Source: an uncultured Thermococci archaeon
Lineage (GTDB): Archaea > Methanobacteriota_B > Thermococci > Methanofastidiosales > B48-G16
Length of the DNA stretch: 64,000 bases
NCBI GenBank assembly: GCA_964595645.1
Contig: CAZQQT010000005.1
Location: 32,001 to 96,000 of the forward strand
Direction of reading: 5' to 3'
How positions within the stretch are numbered: the first letter of the stretch is position 1; each line of letters opens with the position of its first letter. Positions 28,990-39,378 of the stretch are shown here, piece after piece. The notes beneath the pieces were generated by a model that had not been told where the DNA came from, did no database searches, and saw only the letters and a list, made by a program, of their open reading frames with translations. Made by a program: the position numbers and the translations under genes.

Positions 28990-31386
28990 ATGAATATTTC
29001 TGAATCTACGATTCAGAGAGTAAAGAGGTCATGCAAAAATCTAGCCATATCTCTGATCTTACTGTTTTTTCTTATATCCTTCCTTGGTATCGCAAATGGT
29101 TCAAGAGTTCTCAGAGTTGGACTGTATGAGAATGAACCCAAAATATTTACACAAAACGGAAAGGCTGTAGGATTCTGGCCTGATATCATCCAATATATCG
29201 CTTCCAAAGAGGGGTGGAAAATAGAGTGGGTCCCTGGGACATGGAGGGAATGCCAAGAAAGACTGGAGGCCGGTGAAATAGATATAATGCCAGATGTCGG
29301 ATACACAGAAGAACGAAGTAGAAAATACGCCTTTCAAAATGAGACTGTGTTTATCAGTTGGTCACGAGTCTATGTACCGACAGGATCAAAAATCCAGTCA
29401 TTACCCGATTTAAAAGGTAAAAAGATAGCAGTTCTCAAGAAAAGCGTCAACTATGTAGGAAAAGACGGAATAAAAGAATTAACTGAGAAATTTGGAATTG
29501 AATGTGTATTTGTCGAGTTAGATAATTACATCAGCGTTTTTGAAGTGGTAGAAGCAGAAAAGGTAGGTGCAGGGGTTGTCAACAAAGAGTTTGGTAATAG
29601 ACATGAGCGAAACTATCAAGTTGAAAGAACAGGGATTGTGTTCCAACCCAGTGACCTCAAATTTGCCTTTCCGAAGGATGCCCCCCTGACACCTCACTTA
29701 ATCGAACGCATCGATTACCATATAATCGAGTTAAAGGAGGACAAGGATTCGATCTACTACCAGTCAATGGAACGATATTTTGAGATGGCCATCCCGAGAG
29801 AGCCAGTTGCTCCAGGATGGACGAAGTGGGTGCTGATAGGTATTGTCGCGGTCGTTGCCCTGCTCGCCGGAGGAAATTTTATTTTGAGTCGTCGAGTTGA
29901 ATCCAGAACGAAGGAGCTTCGTGAAAGCGAGGAAAAGTATCGTCGGCTGGCGGAAAATGTTGCCGACGTACTTCTTCAAATAGATCTTGACGGGAATTTT
30001 ACGTACATGAGTAAGAATTTAGAAGAAATCACAGGATACACTCGTGATGAAGTTGAGGGAATGAATATTAAAAATTTTCTTTCCACTAAATCATACGAGA
30101 GAGCTGTCGAGCGAATAAAAAAGTGGAAAGAAGGAGCGGAGAGGTTACCCCCCTACGAAGTAGAGGTAATGACGAAGGACGGTGGAAAGGTGCCCTTCGA
30201 ATTAAACACTTCACCTGTGTTTGAAGACGGCAACCTCACCACCATACAAATAGTGGCAAGAAATATCACCGAACGAAAAAAGGCCGAGTACGAGTTGAAA
30301 AAGAGTGAAGAGAACTACCGCCAGCTCGTCGAGGCGTTGAATGAGGGCATCTGGAGGATAGACGCCGAAGGGTACACCACCTTCGTCAACCCTAAAATGG
30401 CGGAGATGCTCGGGTATACCGTGAAGGAAATGGAGGGAAAGCATCTTTTTGCGTTCATAGACGACGAATGGGTGGAAAAAGCGAAGAAAAATTTGAAAAA
30501 ACGCCGACAGGGAGTAGCGGAGCAGCACGAGTTCATGTTCAGAAAGAAAGATGGAGAGCCAGCATACATGCTGGTGAATACCTCTCCCGTTTTTGATGAC
30601 GGGGGAAGGTATGTCGGAGCCTTGGCGGGTATCACCGATATCACTGAACGCCAAAAAGCAGAAGAACAGCGGGAGGAAGCACGAGAGGAAGCGGAGTTCT
30701 ATGCAGATGTCCTCGCCCACGACATGGGCAACCTCAACCAGATCATGCTCGGATACCTCTATCTTCTCAGAGAGGCAGAAGAGAGAGAAACCATAGAGAA
30801 GAATATAGAATGTGTAAAAAAAACGATTATGGAGGCAAAACGACTGGCAGAGAATATCCAGATGCTAAAAAGAATCAAAGAAACATCTGTAGAGAGGACA
30901 AGCCTTGGCGATGCACTAGAGCGATCCATCGAACGACTGTATAAGTATTTCGATCGAGAAATCGAGATCAATATTACGTTAGATGAGCATTACGTGAATG
31001 CTAACGTCTTCCTCGATGAGGCACTCTTCAGTGTTCTTGAGAATGCGGTGGAGTACACGTTCCACGAACCAGTCACAATCGATATTTTTATCGAGGAGAG
31101 GGACGGTATATGTGACGTGCACATCCGTGACTACGGCATCGGCATCTCGGAACAAAAACGAAAAGACATCCTTGAAAATCTTGAGACACTCTCAAAACGG
31201 ACGGGGATGGGACTCTACCTGACAAAAAGAATTATCGAGAGTTACGGTGGCTCACTGGATATTGAGAAAAAAGAAACCGGCACTGAGGTCGTGCTCAGTA
31301 TCCCTGAGGCGGATACGGAAGATTCGGAAAAGGATGCCCCCCCTCAGCGTGCTGATAAACACCGTAGACAAGGGGGCGATGAGTAA
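28990..31386 (+). CDS. Sensor histidine kinase (extracellular SBP family 3 domain, TM, 2 PAS, HATPase)
   Basis: H-box LAHDMGN, N-box LENA, DYGIG, GMGL; two PAS/PAC repeats. Confidence 0.93.
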   Translation: MNISESTIQRVKRSCKNLAISLILLFFLISFLGIANGSRVLRVGLYENEPKIFTQNGKAVGFWPDIIQYIASKEGWKIEWVPGTWRECQERLEAGEIDIMPDVGYTEERSRKYAFQNETVFISWSRVYVPTGSKIQSLPDLKGKKIAVLKKSVNYVGKDGIKELTEKFGIECVFVELDNYISVFEVVEAEKVGAGVVNKEFGNRHERNYQVERTGIVFQPSDLKFAFPKDAPLTPHLIERIDYHIIELKEDKDSIYYQSMERYFEMAIPREPVAPGWTKWVLIGIVAVVALLAGGNFILSRRVESRTKELRESEEKYRRLAENVADVLLQIDLDGNFTYMSKNLEEITGYTRDEVEGMNIKNFLSTKSYERAVERIKKWKEGAERLPPYEVEVMTKDGGKVPFELNTSPVFEDGNLTTIQIVARNITERKKAEYELKKSEENYRQLVEALNEGIWRIDAEGYTTFVNPKMAEMLGYTVKEMEGKHLFAFIDDEWVEKAKKNLKKRRQGVAEQHEFMFRKKDGEPAYMLVNTSPVFDDGGRYVGALAGITDITERQKAEEQREEAREEAEFYADVLAHDMGNLNQIMLGYLYLLREAEERETIEKNIECVKKTIMEAKRLAENIQMLKRIKETSVERTSLGDALERSIERLYKYFDREIEINITLDEHYVNANVFLDEALFSVLENAVEYTFHEPVTIDIFIEERDGICDVHIRDYGIGISEQKRKDILENLETLSKRTGMGLYLTKRIIESYGGSLDIEKKETGTEVVLSIPEADTEDSEKDAPPQRADKHRRQGGDE

Positions 31387-31751
31387 TGAAGATCCTCGTT
31401 ATCGACGATGAAAAGGTGGTCCTCACTCTTTTCAAGGATATTCTCGAATCTGTGGGTCATGAGGTGCAGATCGCCATTGACGGAGAGATTGGAATCGCGC
31501 TAGTGAAGGAGGCACTAGAAAACGGAGACGCATTCGATCTTGTGGTTATGGACTACCGGATGCATGGGATGGATGGAATGGAAGTCTCCGAGGAGATCTG
31601 GGTCATGGATGATGATACCCCCATCATGTTCGCCAGTGCCGATCCCACCATCAAAAAAGAGGCACTGCATAAAGGGGCCGTGAGCTTCCTCCACAAATCT
31701 TTCAATCTCGACAAGCTTGTGGATGAAGTAGAAAGAATAATGAGGAAATAA
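31386..31751 (+). CDS. Single-domain response regulator
   Basis: IDDE, MDYRMHGMDG, conserved Lys (HKSF). Confidence 0.93.
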   Translation: MKILVIDDEKVVLTLFKDILESVGHEVQIAIDGEIGIALVKEALENGDAFDLVVMDYRMHGMDGMEVSEEIWVMDDDTPIMFASADPTIKKEALHKGAVSFLHKSFNLDKLVDEVERIMRK

Positions 31752-32166
31752 TAAACAAAAGAAAGTCTTCTCCTTCCATATCTTCTGATCATGCTGCTGC
31801 ACTCGTGGATACACCTATAAATCCTAATATCTCTATACTCCACGATTGCTGGTACATAGGATCATATACAAAAAGATTTATGGAGGTAATTAAGACACAA
31901 ATGTCTTGACAATGGTTAGATGCACTCTGAGAACGCCGATCCTGTTTCTATCAAAGTAAAGGTAACGTATGGAGATACATATGATTCGCTTGAAGCGGAA
32001 GTAATAGAAAATGAACCGAAGGTATTGTAATGGGGAAAAGGGATGTTGACATGCATAAAAATACCTTATAAGACAGGATTCTGTCCATTGATGGATCCAT
32101 ACTCGTAAAAACACCATTTTTTTCAAGCCCAAATATCGGTCCGTTGGAGAATTGAAGGGATTTAAA

Positions 32167-32251
32167 TGCGGAGGAAGGGATTTGAACCCTCGAACTCCTA
32201 CGAGACAGGACCCTGAATCCTGCACCTTTGGCCATGCTCGGTAACCTCCGC
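32167..32251 (-). tRNA. tRNA-Leu(CAG)
   Basis: GCGGAGG acceptor, CAGGA-TTCAGGG-TCCTG anticodon arm, long variable arm, GGTTCAAATCC. Confidence 0.95.
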
Positions 32252-32432
32252 CTGTGTATTTTTCATTTTATAGGTAGTATTTAAATGGTTTTGGCTGCGA
32301 AGAAATAGTGTGGTTGTTCCAATTTTCTGTCAGGTCAGTATGGCAAATAAGAATAAAATACGTCAATGAACTAAAAAAGGAAGAAGGTTTTTAAGCATTG
32401 TTCACTGACTTATATATTGAAAAGTAATATAT

Positions 32433-32748
32433 ATGGATAGAATAAAGAAGTTAATGATGGAAACAGTGTTTTTAGTCTCTTTGTTAGGGATGAGTTCAGT
32501 AGGTGCGGTAGTGTGTGTAACTACATCATCGTCTGTAGTTGCAATAAGCCCTGCCAATAACGTTCAACCCTCAGGTGCAGGAGCTCCTCGATGATGTGAA
32601 TGTGCTTCTCGATCAGGCATTAGAGCAAGAGCTCGATGTTGCGGAGTACGAAGAGAGGATAGAAAAAGCTGAAAATACGGGCAACGCTCTGTACGCTAAA
32701 AACCTCCTTGAATCGGCGATATCTGGACTGAAAGCACTCTTAAGTTAA
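32433..32748 (+). pseudogene. Collapsed secreted-protein gene (signal peptide plus C-terminal helical domain in different frames)
   Basis: MDRIKKLMMETVFLVSLLGMSSVGA... then, frameshifted, QVQELLDDVNVLLDQALEQELDV...AISGLKALLS*. Confidence 0.45.
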
Positions 32749-32790
32749 TTGTTTCTTCTCTTTTTCTTTTTTTTAAAAGAAATCTTTAAA

Positions 32791-32862
32791 TGCGGCTGCC
32801 GGGATTCGAACCCGGGTCGTGGGCTTGGAAGGCCCAAGTGCTAGCCGCTACACTACAGCCGC
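32791..32862 (-). tRNA. tRNA-Gly(UCC)
   Basis: GCGGCTG acceptor, TGGGC-CTTCCAA-GCCCA anticodon arm, GGTTCGAATCC. Confidence 0.95.
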
Positions 32863-32970
32863 TCTACCGTTTTTCCCCATGCCACTATTTAAATTTTACG
32901 ATTTTGTCCAAAAGAATAAAAAAGATTAAGTTTATATAGTAGTTTATCAGTGAAGTAGTAGGTGAGTCCG

Positions 32971-33312
32971 ATGATAGACAGACTGGTAGCAGATTTAAAG
33001 AAAATTGATGGAATAAAACATGTAGGAGTCATTGAAGGAGACAATCCTGTTGTGTCCGATATGCCCGAAGAAGAAGGTGAACTCCTGGCTAACACGATAA
33101 CAGAGATCTATGATGTGTCTGAGGAGACAGCTGACTCGACAGATATGGGTCAACTGGAGCAGATCCTTATCAGCGGATTTGAGGGAAAAATGGTCATTGC
33201 GAAAAGCGAAGAGTATCTTATCGGTGCAATTACCGAGACAAAAGTTAATTTGGGACTGGTACGGCTTAAACTTAGAAGCATACTTCGAGAATTAAAAGGT
33301 GAGAAAGAATGA
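32971..33312 (+). CDS. Roadblock/LC7 domain protein
   Basis: About 113 aa; GQLEQILISGFEGKM, KVNLGLVRL. Confidence 0.85.
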   Translation: MIDRLVADLKKIDGIKHVGVIEGDNPVVSDMPEEEGELLANTITEIYDVSEETADSTDMGQLEQILISGFEGKMVIAKSEEYLIGAITETKVNLGLVRLKLRSILRELKGEKE

Positions 33313-33659
33313 TAATAGAAAAAGTGCTCGGAAAGTTAAAGGAGGAAAATGATGGAGTACTTGGCAGCAGTGTGATAGAGAAGGGTGGCTTTTTAGTGGC
33401 CATGGACGCACCTGCCGATCTAGGCATAGAAAAAAGTAGTGCAATGGCTGCTTCTGTGTTCAACAGACTCATGAGAAACGTAGAATCTTCAAAAGTTGGT
33501 GCAATCGATTATATTTTAATGGAAGGAAAAGAAGGGGATATGCTCGTTGTGGATGTGGGAAATGTCTACCTTTTTGTCAGGACGAAAAAGAACGCCACAA
33601 TTGCAAAAATAATGGAAGATGCAAAGGACGTTGGAAAGAAAATTGAAGCACTTATTTGA
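33309..33659 (+). CDS. Roadblock/LC7 domain protein
   Basis: [32 protein letters not shown]. Confidence 0.85.
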   Translation: MIIEKVLGKLKEENDGVLGSSVIEKGGFLVAMDAPADLGIEKSSAMAASVFNRLMRNVESSKVGAIDYILMEGKEGDMLVVDVGNVYLFVRTKKNATIAKIMEDAKDVGKKIEALI

Positions 33660-33673
33660 GGAGGATAGTGTAT

Positions 33674-34447
33674 ATGGGACAATCTATTGTTGTATCATCG
33701 GGAAAAGGTGGAACAGGAAAAACAACGATATGTGCGAATTTAGGGATAGCACTGGCTCAAAGAGGAAAGTCGGTGACGATCCTGGATGCTGATATTGATA
33801 TGGCCAATTTGGAACTTATGCTCGGTCTGGAGGGCATGCCTGTCACACTCCATGAGGTACTCTCCGGTGAGGCAGAGCCGGAAGAGGCAATATATGATGG
33901 TCCAGAGGGCGTGAGGATACTCCCTGCGGGGCTCTCACTGAGTGGTGTGCAGAAAGCAGATCCACGAAAACTTGAGAATGTGCTCAAGAAGCTTATAGGG
34001 GTCTCTGATTATCTCCTGATAGATGGAGCTCCTGGACTGGAAGTGGATGCGGTGACTGCCATTGCAGCAGCCCAGAATTTACTCCTCGTAGTAAATCCTG
34101 AGATAACATCCATGAGTGATGCACTAAAAACGAAAATCGTTGCTGAGAAGTTGGGGACACACATTATTGGTGTGGTACTCAATAGGGTAGGTTTTGATAT
34201 GACAGAGCTTTCAAAAGAAGAAGTAGAAACTATACTGGAAACAGAGGTAGTGGCTGTGGTTCCAGAGGACCCGGAGGTGAAAAGAGCAGCAGCCTTTGGA
34301 GAGCCACTTGTGACACGAAATCCAAACTCTTCGGCAACGATAGCGGTGAAAAAACTTGCAGCCGATCTTCTTGGTGAGAAGTATATTCCACCGTCCCCTG
34401 AAAATCCTCTTAAACGAATCTTCAAAGCACTCTTTGGAAGTGATTAG
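33674..34447 (+). CDS. minD: MinD-family ATPase with C-terminal amphipathic membrane-targeting helix
   Basis: [44 protein letters not shown]. Confidence 0.93.
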   Translation: MGQSIVVSSGKGGTGKTTICANLGIALAQRGKSVTILDADIDMANLELMLGLEGMPVTLHEVLSGEAEPEEAIYDGPEGVRILPAGLSLSGVQKADPRKLENVLKKLIGVSDYLLIDGAPGLEVDAVTAIAAAQNLLLVVNPEITSMSDALKTKIVAEKLGTHIIGVVLNRVGFDMTELSKEEVETILETEVVAVVPEDPEVKRAAAFGEPLVTRNPNSSATIAVKKLAADLLGEKYIPPSPENPLKRIFKALFGSD

Positions 34448-34449
34448 TA

Positions 34450-34653
34450 ATGCCTTTGATGGACATACTGGCAGCAAATGTCGAAATTTTATTTGTAGCA
34501 ACAGTGTTAAGTGTAATACTTAATATTATTTTAGCGTTGAAAGTCTCCTCATTACGATCGGAAGTGTCAAGATTGAAGGGAGGATCACTTACAAGAGAAG
34601 AACTCGAACTTCTCAAATCGCGGTTAACACGACTCAAAAAGCTTACGAGATGA
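34450..34653 (+). CDS. Small single-pass membrane protein with basic coiled-coil tail
   Basis: N-terminal TM, LTREELELLKSRLTRLKK; translationally coupled on both sides. Confidence 0.7.
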   Translation: MPLMDILAANVEILFVATVLSVILNIILALKVSSLRSEVSRLKGGSLTREELELLKSRLTRLKKLTR

Positions 34654-37600
34654 TGGGATTGACACGGTTGACAAGAAAAATCTATGTATTGTTGTTAGTC
34701 TTGATTATAGTATTTCCATACTCTGTGGAAGCGGTGGTGCAGGAAGATGGAAAAATAGAAGGGACAGTATCTGATGAGTTCGGTGATCCGATAGAGGGTG
34801 CTACTGTGGTCGCCTGTTGCTACATGAAACGGTACACTACAACGACGAATGCCGATGGAGAGTATACCTTTGAGGATGTGGCGTACGATACTGCAGGAAC
34901 GAAATACAGAGTAGAGGCGTATAGGGAAGCTACAGACGAAGAAAAGGGATACGAGAAAAATACAAAATCTACAGAATTAAAGAGCCCGCCAGATAATCAA
35001 AAAACGATTGATATTTCTTTAACAGAGCTCACAGAATCGAGAGCCAAGTATAAAGAACTTTATACATTATGGATGGAAGTAGGTGATCTTCGTGCGGTAG
35101 GTGAGTACACTATTGTTCTTTTTGATATTAGCAAACGAAGTTGGGAACATGCAGAAACAAGAATGTTCCCCGAAAAGGTTTATTTCCGTGTTTTTCGAGA
35201 GGGAAATTTTATTGATGAGTATATTCTCGATCTCTGCGATAACACGGTGATTATTCAGGAGGTCCTCAAGGTTGAGATGCTGAGCATTGAGGACAGAAAC
35301 TCTGATGGCGAGTATGAGGTGGAGCTTCGAATCTCCTCGAGAGAGCGTCCTTCCATCTCTTTGAGCATATTCAAACTCTACGAGAATGTGGCAATCAAGG
35401 AGAAAACGGTGAGTGTCAATGCCACAACAACAAGCGTTGAAATCGATGGAGAAGAGTTTAAAGCAGAAGTGACAGGAAATAGTTTCACAATAGATGTGAA
35501 CAAAAATGAGATCCTCGATCCTTACGAGACGTTTACTCCTGGTGACTCATTCTCAACAATTTCAGGCCCGTGCATCTCCACACGCTCGTACCGAATTGTC
35601 ACCATTTCTGGAAACACAGTAACTTTAAAACCGGAGATTCGAGAGTTAATGAATCCCGATGATTTCGATTTGAATGAGATGCAGACAACGACTCCCATTT
35701 CTGGGGAGGAATTTTACATGTACGCGGTGGTTGAAAATGTAGGGAACTACGATGCTACGGATGTGGTGGTGAGTGTCGATCATACCAATTATACACTTCT
35801 CAATTACTGTGATATCGCCAGTGATCATATTCCTATAGGGGGCATGGGTACAAAGGAAGGAGAAAATAAAAGCAAGGTCGTCCTCCTCCGATTAAGAGCT
35901 CCTACTGTTCCCTACGAAGAGTATCATCCAATTACCATCGGTGCGAACTACAAAATGGTGTATACGAGTGAGGAAGGAGATGTGGTAGAAGAGAAGTTCC
36001 AGAAGGAGTTCAAACAGGATGTCAATGTCTATCCAAAAACGGTCCAGCTCAAAATTGATCAGTTTGTCGCATTTAAGAAGCTTCTTCTCGGTGAGGAGAG
36101 CGATATCTCCATTACTGTAGAGAACGTTGGGGATATCACAGCATACGATCTTGAGATCACGTCATACCTCCCCGCTGGTCTCGAGTTGATCGAAGGAGAC
36201 GCCACACAAACAATCGAGGAGCTTTCGCCGGGAGACAGTACGCAGTTTTCGTACAGGGTAAAGGCGAAGGAGCTGGGAGATTACGATCTGATCACCAAGG
36301 TGCGGTACAAGGATGCGCGGGGAGAACAGTATGAAAAACAGTCGTTTCCAGTGCCATTTACCGTATATAAGGAATTTCCTCGGTTAGAGTTGAAGAAAAA
36401 TATCGATAAAACAAAGATTTTGGTGAATGAACATATTATTGTCGTGCTCGTGATCACGAACACAGGGAATAAACCGGCCAAGGATATTGTCCTAGTCGAT
36501 TCTATTCCCAAGAGCTTTTCGCTTGTGAGCAGCAAAGAAGAAGAAATTACAGGAAATGTGAACGTCTTTAAAATCGACCGGATGGAACCGAACGAGAAAA
36601 GAGTGTTTAGCTACGTGATCAAAGCGGACGAACCGGGTAAGTACACATTAAAAGGCTGTAAGGTGAAGTACGCTGATTACGAGGACAACCATTTCGAGTA
36701 CGAGGCGCCGGATGTGAATATCGATGTCAGTGGTATCCCAACCCTCGACCTGAGCTACGCTCTCTCCAGAGAGAGTGTACAGGATGGTGAGTTGCTGACT
36801 GTGATAAGCACGGTGAGGAATAAGGGGAACGGCCTCGCAGAAAATATCACGATCGACAATGTGTTTAACAAGGGAGAACTCGTCAATGGAGATCTCACGA
36901 AGGAGATAGCCGCCCTCAAACCGGGGGAATACCAAAGATATAAATTCACTGTGCGCGTGCCGGTCTCAAGTACGAAATACGATTTTGTGATCGACGCAAC
37001 CTACAGCTACGAGGACATTCTCGGCAATACGTATCCCAAAGACAAGAAATCAGTTCAGTTTGTTCAGACAATCGCTGCAGAAAAACCAAAAATCGATATA
37101 GCGCGGAGTGTCGAGAAAATGATCATCAAGAGCAATAAGTACTACGTGGACGCGGGATACTCCTTTATCGTTCGTATTTCAGCGGTGAACACCGGTTCGG
37201 CCGATGCGGTGGATCTCGTGCTCGAAGAATCACTTCCTTCTGGATTTGAGGTCATCGATGGGACAAACAGCTGGGAGGGTGATCTGAAGGTAGGGGAGTC
37301 AAAGACCCTCACCTATACAGCCATTGGACATGTGGGCGGCGCCTATACACTGACACCTCGGGCATCGTATAAGGACAAATGGGACGTATCGTACGCTGCT
37401 ACGGGGAAATCACTGCAGTTTACGCTTCGAGGATTGGACATCACAAAAAATGTGAGTAAAGAAGAGGTGGCAGAAGGAGACACGCTGAGCGTGACAATCA
37501 CGGTGCGAAATTACGGTAATGCTGAGATGAGTGACATTGTGATCGAGGACGCGGTACCCGAGGGATTTGAGATTGTAGAAGGAGAGACAACAGTACAAAA

Positions 37601-38348
37601 GGACCTTTTGGAAGGCGGAGCTTCAATGAGGCTCACATACACACTCAAGGCCGTATCTTCGGGAGAGTACACGATGGAGAAGGCACGAGTGCGATGGAAA
37701 AATCCCTATGGGGAATCACGACAGCTCGAGTCGACGACGTATGCGGTCACAGTTCAGAAACCCACACCGCCCCCAACTACCACGCCCGCACCGACGACGA
37801 CAGCCCCACCCAGTGTTGTGGAGCGATTTGGATCGACACTTCTCTGGATTCTTGTGGCTGTGCTGTTACTTCTCATAGGAATTATTGGAGGGCGTGCATA
37901 CCTCCGACGACGATCTGAGATGGAGGAAGAGGAGGTGTTTGGAGAGCTCGAAATCTCTGAAGAGGAACTATCTGAAGAGGAACTTCCAGAAGAAGAAACA
38001 CCCGGAGGGGAGCTCCCAGAGGGAGTATTTTTTGGAGAGGAAGAATCAGAGGAAGAAAAAACCCCACAGGAGCTTTTTGAAGAACTTTCTGTACCTGAAG
38101 AAGAGATGTACGAAGAAGAGGAAGAACAAGAGAGTGCAAGTGACGTTGCACCGGATTCCATCAAGAAAATTCTTGACTGGCAGGACCGAGAGGAGAAGAA
38201 ACGGAGAAAAAAGAAGGAACCGAAAGAGAAGGATGAAAAAAAGGAAAAGCAGTGGTTCGATCGCGATTACGAAGTGACCGATGATATGTCCCCGAGGGAA
38301 GTCTTAAAAGGAAAAAAGAAGGAAAAGGACAACGATGAAGATACTTAA
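34650..38348 (+). CDS. Large cell-surface protein (carboxypeptidase-regulatory-like domain, multiple DUF11/BatD-type Ig domains, P/T linker, TM, acidic tail)
   Basis: Signal peptide; repeated V.N.G...A.D....D.LP.GF units; PTPPPTTTPAPTTT; TM followed by RRR; about 140-aa Glu-rich then Lys-rich tail. Confidence 0.85.
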   Translation: MMGLTRLTRKIYVLLLVLIIVFPYSVEAVVQEDGKIEGTVSDEFGDPIEGATVVACCYMKRYTTTTNADGEYTFEDVAYDTAGTKYRVEAYREATDEEKGYEKNTKSTELKSPPDNQKTIDISLTELTESRAKYKELYTLWMEVGDLRAVGEYTIVLFDISKRSWEHAETRMFPEKVYFRVFREGNFIDEYILDLCDNTVIIQEVLKVEMLSIEDRNSDGEYEVELRISSRERPSISLSIFKLYENVAIKEKTVSVNATTTSVEIDGEEFKAEVTGNSFTIDVNKNEILDPYETFTPGDSFSTISGPCISTRSYRIVTISGNTVTLKPEIRELMNPDDFDLNEMQTTTPISGEEFYMYAVVENVGNYDATDVVVSVDHTNYTLLNYCDIASDHIPIGGMGTKEGENKSKVVLLRLRAPTVPYEEYHPITIGANYKMVYTSEEGDVVEEKFQKEFKQDVNVYPKTVQLKIDQFVAFKKLLLGEESDISITVENVGDITAYDLEITSYLPAGLELIEGDATQTIEELSPGDSTQFSYRVKAKELGDYDLITKVRYKDARGEQYEKQSFPVPFTVYKEFPRLELKKNIDKTKILVNEHIIVVLVITNTGNKPAKDIVLVDSIPKSFSLVSSKEEEITGNVNVFKIDRMEPNEKRVFSYVIKADEPGKYTLKGCKVKYADYEDNHFEYEAPDVNIDVSGIPTLDLSYALSRESVQDGELLTVISTVRNKGNGLAENITIDNVFNKGELVNGDLTKEIAALKPGEYQRYKFTVRVPVSSTKYDFVIDATYSYEDILGNTYPKDKKSVQFVQTIAAEKPKIDIARSVEKMIIKSNKYYVDAGYSFIVRISAVNTGSADAVDLVLEESLPSGFEVIDGTNSWEGDLKVGESKTLTYTAIGHVGGAYTLTPRASYKDKWDVSYAATGKSLQFTLRGLDITKNVSKEEVAEGDTLSVTITVRNYGNAEMSDIVIEDAVPEGFEIVEGETTVQKDLLEGGASMRLTYTLKAVSSGEYTMEKARVRWKNPYGESRQLESTTYAVTVQKPTPPPTTTPAPTTTAPPSVVERFGSTLLWILVAVLLLLIGIIGGRAYLRRRSEMEEEEVFGELEISEEELSEEELPEEETPGGELPEGVFFGEEESEEEKTPQELFEELSVPEEEMYEEEEEQESASDVAPDSIKKILDWQDREEKKRRKKKEPKEKDEKKEKQWFDRDYEVTDDMSPREVLKGKKKEKDNDEDT

Positions 38349-39378
38349 GAAGGATATGAACAAGGGATTCATAAAGATTCGCGTGGACTCGTTGGACGAT
38401 CTCTGGCATCTCACCCACGTGATTGAGGAGGGCGACGATCTCGAAGGAAAGACGTTCAGGCGGGAGGAACAGCAAACAGACAAAATTAGAGATGAACGTC
38501 TTGAAAAAAAATCGGTTTATCTTAAAGTCCGTGCAGAAAAGATAGAGTTCCATAAAAACACGAATAGACTTCGGGTAACCGGTGTGATAGAGGAGGGGGA
38601 GGATGTGGGACGGTACCATACATTCAATATTGAGGAAGGAACTGTTATTGGGATCACGAAACAGTGGAAGGATCACCATCTTGAGCGGATGCACGAGGCT
38701 GTGGAAAGTGCACATGCACCTCGGATCCTCATTCTCGCGATGGACTCCGGCGATGCTACCTTCGGGCTTGTGAGAGGCTATGGTATCGATTTTCTAGGAG
38801 ATGTGAGTGAGAACGTTCCTGGTAAGTACTACTCGGTGACACGAGAAAAGGAACAGCAGCAGTTTTTTAAGGAGACCGCCGAGAAAATCGTCAGACTTCT
38901 CGATACGCACGACGTGGAGAAAGTGGTCATTGCTGGTCCTGGATTTACCAAACAGGAGTTCACCACCTACCTTCGGGAGGAGTATCCGCAGCTTGACGGA
39001 ACATATGTACTGCGGAAAGCGTCGACAGCTGGAAGAACAGGAGTGTATGAAGTAGTGAGACGAGGCGATCTGGAGGATGTGTACAAAGAGTCACGGGTAT
39101 CACGAGAGCTCGTCCTCGTGGAACAGATGTGCCAGAAGATACTGACGGACGAGGCGGTGTATGGTACGGAGACGGTGGAGAAGGCATTAACCTATGGGGC
39201 CGTTGACACACTGCTTATTCTCGACAAGCTCATGCGAGACGAACGGTACGAGGAATTGATGAAACAAGCTCGAAGTCAGAACGCAGAAGTCTACGTAATC
39301 AGCAGTGAGCATGAAGGCGGCGAGAAACTGGAGGGACTTGGAGGAATCGCTGGTCTTCTCCGGTTTAAAATCGGGTAA
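38335..39378 (+). CDS. pelA: mRNA surveillance protein Pelota
   Basis: DDLWHL, LRVTG, YHT, AGPGFTK, GGIAGLLRF. Confidence 0.96.
   Translation: MKILKKDMNKGFIKIRVDSLDDLWHLTHVIEEGDDLEGKTFRREEQQTDKIRDERLEKKSVYLKVRAEKIEFHKNTNRLRVTGVIEEGEDVGRYHTFNIEEGTVIGITKQWKDHHLERMHEAVESAHAPRILILAMDSGDATFGLVRGYGIDFLGDVSENVPGKYYSVTREKEQQQFFKETAEKIVRLLDTHDVEKVVIAGPGFTKQEFTTYLREEYPQLDGTYVLRKASTAGRTGVYEVVRRGDLEDVYKESRVSRELVLVEQMCQKILTDEAVYGTETVEKALTYGAVDTLLILDKLMRDERYEELMKQARSQNAEVYVISSEHEGGEKLEGLGGIAGLLRFKIG

Noticed and set aside
24858-32251. Integrated element at tRNA-Leu (or tRNA-Arg)
   Set aside because: No integrase, transposase or duplicated tRNA 3' end was seen.
37754-38164. Ser-rich antisense ORF and other long antisense ORFs across the window
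   Set aside because: They are shadows of strongly supported genes, here the Glu-rich tail.
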